Position numbers and translations under genes: made by a program. DNA of 64,000 nt, taken from the NCBI GenBank assembly GCA_002633005.1, contig NMRA01000060.1, positions 663,752 to 727,751 of the forward strand, read 5' to 3'. Each line of letters opens with the position of its first letter. Position 1 is the first letter of the stretch. Below are positions 63,410-64,000 of the stretch, piece after piece. The notes beneath the pieces were generated by a model that did not search any database, had not been told where the DNA came from, and was given only the letters and a program-made list of their open reading frames with translations. This DNA is from Phoronis australis (lineage: Eukaryota > Animalia > Phoronida).

Positions 63410-64000
63410 CTGCAATGAACAAACTGGCCACTGTACAGTCAAGTAAATGAGAGAAACTGACCAGAGAACAAACAACACTTGGTGAACCAGACTTTTACCA
63501 TGACCTCTTATCTCCCCAAAAAAATACAACATTAGTGCTCCTGAATGCATAATGGTCAGCATATGACACGACTTTTCATCAAAGACAACGTTCACGACAA
63601 AAAATATATTGTGTGGGGCAGTTCAATGATTCAACAACTGGTCGCTTATAAAAAACATGAGGCCTCCCGACATGTTGTGAACACATCCACTAAAACAAGA
63701 AACTGTAGGAACACAGCATTTATCCACCTTCACTCTTATCAGGCTTCTATTGTGAGTCAGCATGCGTGAATAATTGGCTGATAAGCCACCTCTGGAACTA
63801 CTTTTGGCTGAATGGATGACCAGGCCATAAAATGATAATTAGCCAAGACCAGTTACTATAATGCAACAAAGAATAATGTCTTGCATCACCTAGCCTTGGT
63901 GGAAAGCTGTATACTGTATTGGCTCAAACAAACGCTTAGAAAAATTCATTTCACGGGGAGGGGACGCTTATTGTAGTGAGCCTACGGCAGTTGAAACCCG

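Overview
AT-rich eukaryotic (invertebrate animal) genomic DNA with spliceosomal introns and a very high load of decayed transposable elements; no prokaryotic operons, CRISPR arrays or rRNA. Host genes: the last five coding exons of a ZnT1/SLC30A1-type zinc exporter (minus strand, 63409-59348), a GT32 (A4GNT/A4GALT-like) glycosyltransferase with a single 1-nt frameshift (34644-35611), a 287-aa coiled-coil/low-complexity ORF (44879-44016) and the terminal exon of a Ly6/Quiver-type GPI-anchored protein (9784-10043). Mobile DNA: CR1/L2 and L1/Tx1 LINE remnants, Penelope fragments, two solo LTRs with 5-bp target-site duplications (TSDs), a complete-ended decayed Academ (XPG-type) transposon, several Kolobok/THAP remnants and many MITEs. 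Most notable observations: a solo LTR with an hsp70-like promoter (a perfect six-unit heat-shock element just upstream of a TATA box), a Kolobok derivative built from two left ends, a LINE zinc-finger segment amplified into a ~396-bp satellite around a MITE, a 26-bp P-like footprint, and strong enrichment of the Tc1-type footprint octamer TACATGTA. All calls were made by eye, with no database searches.
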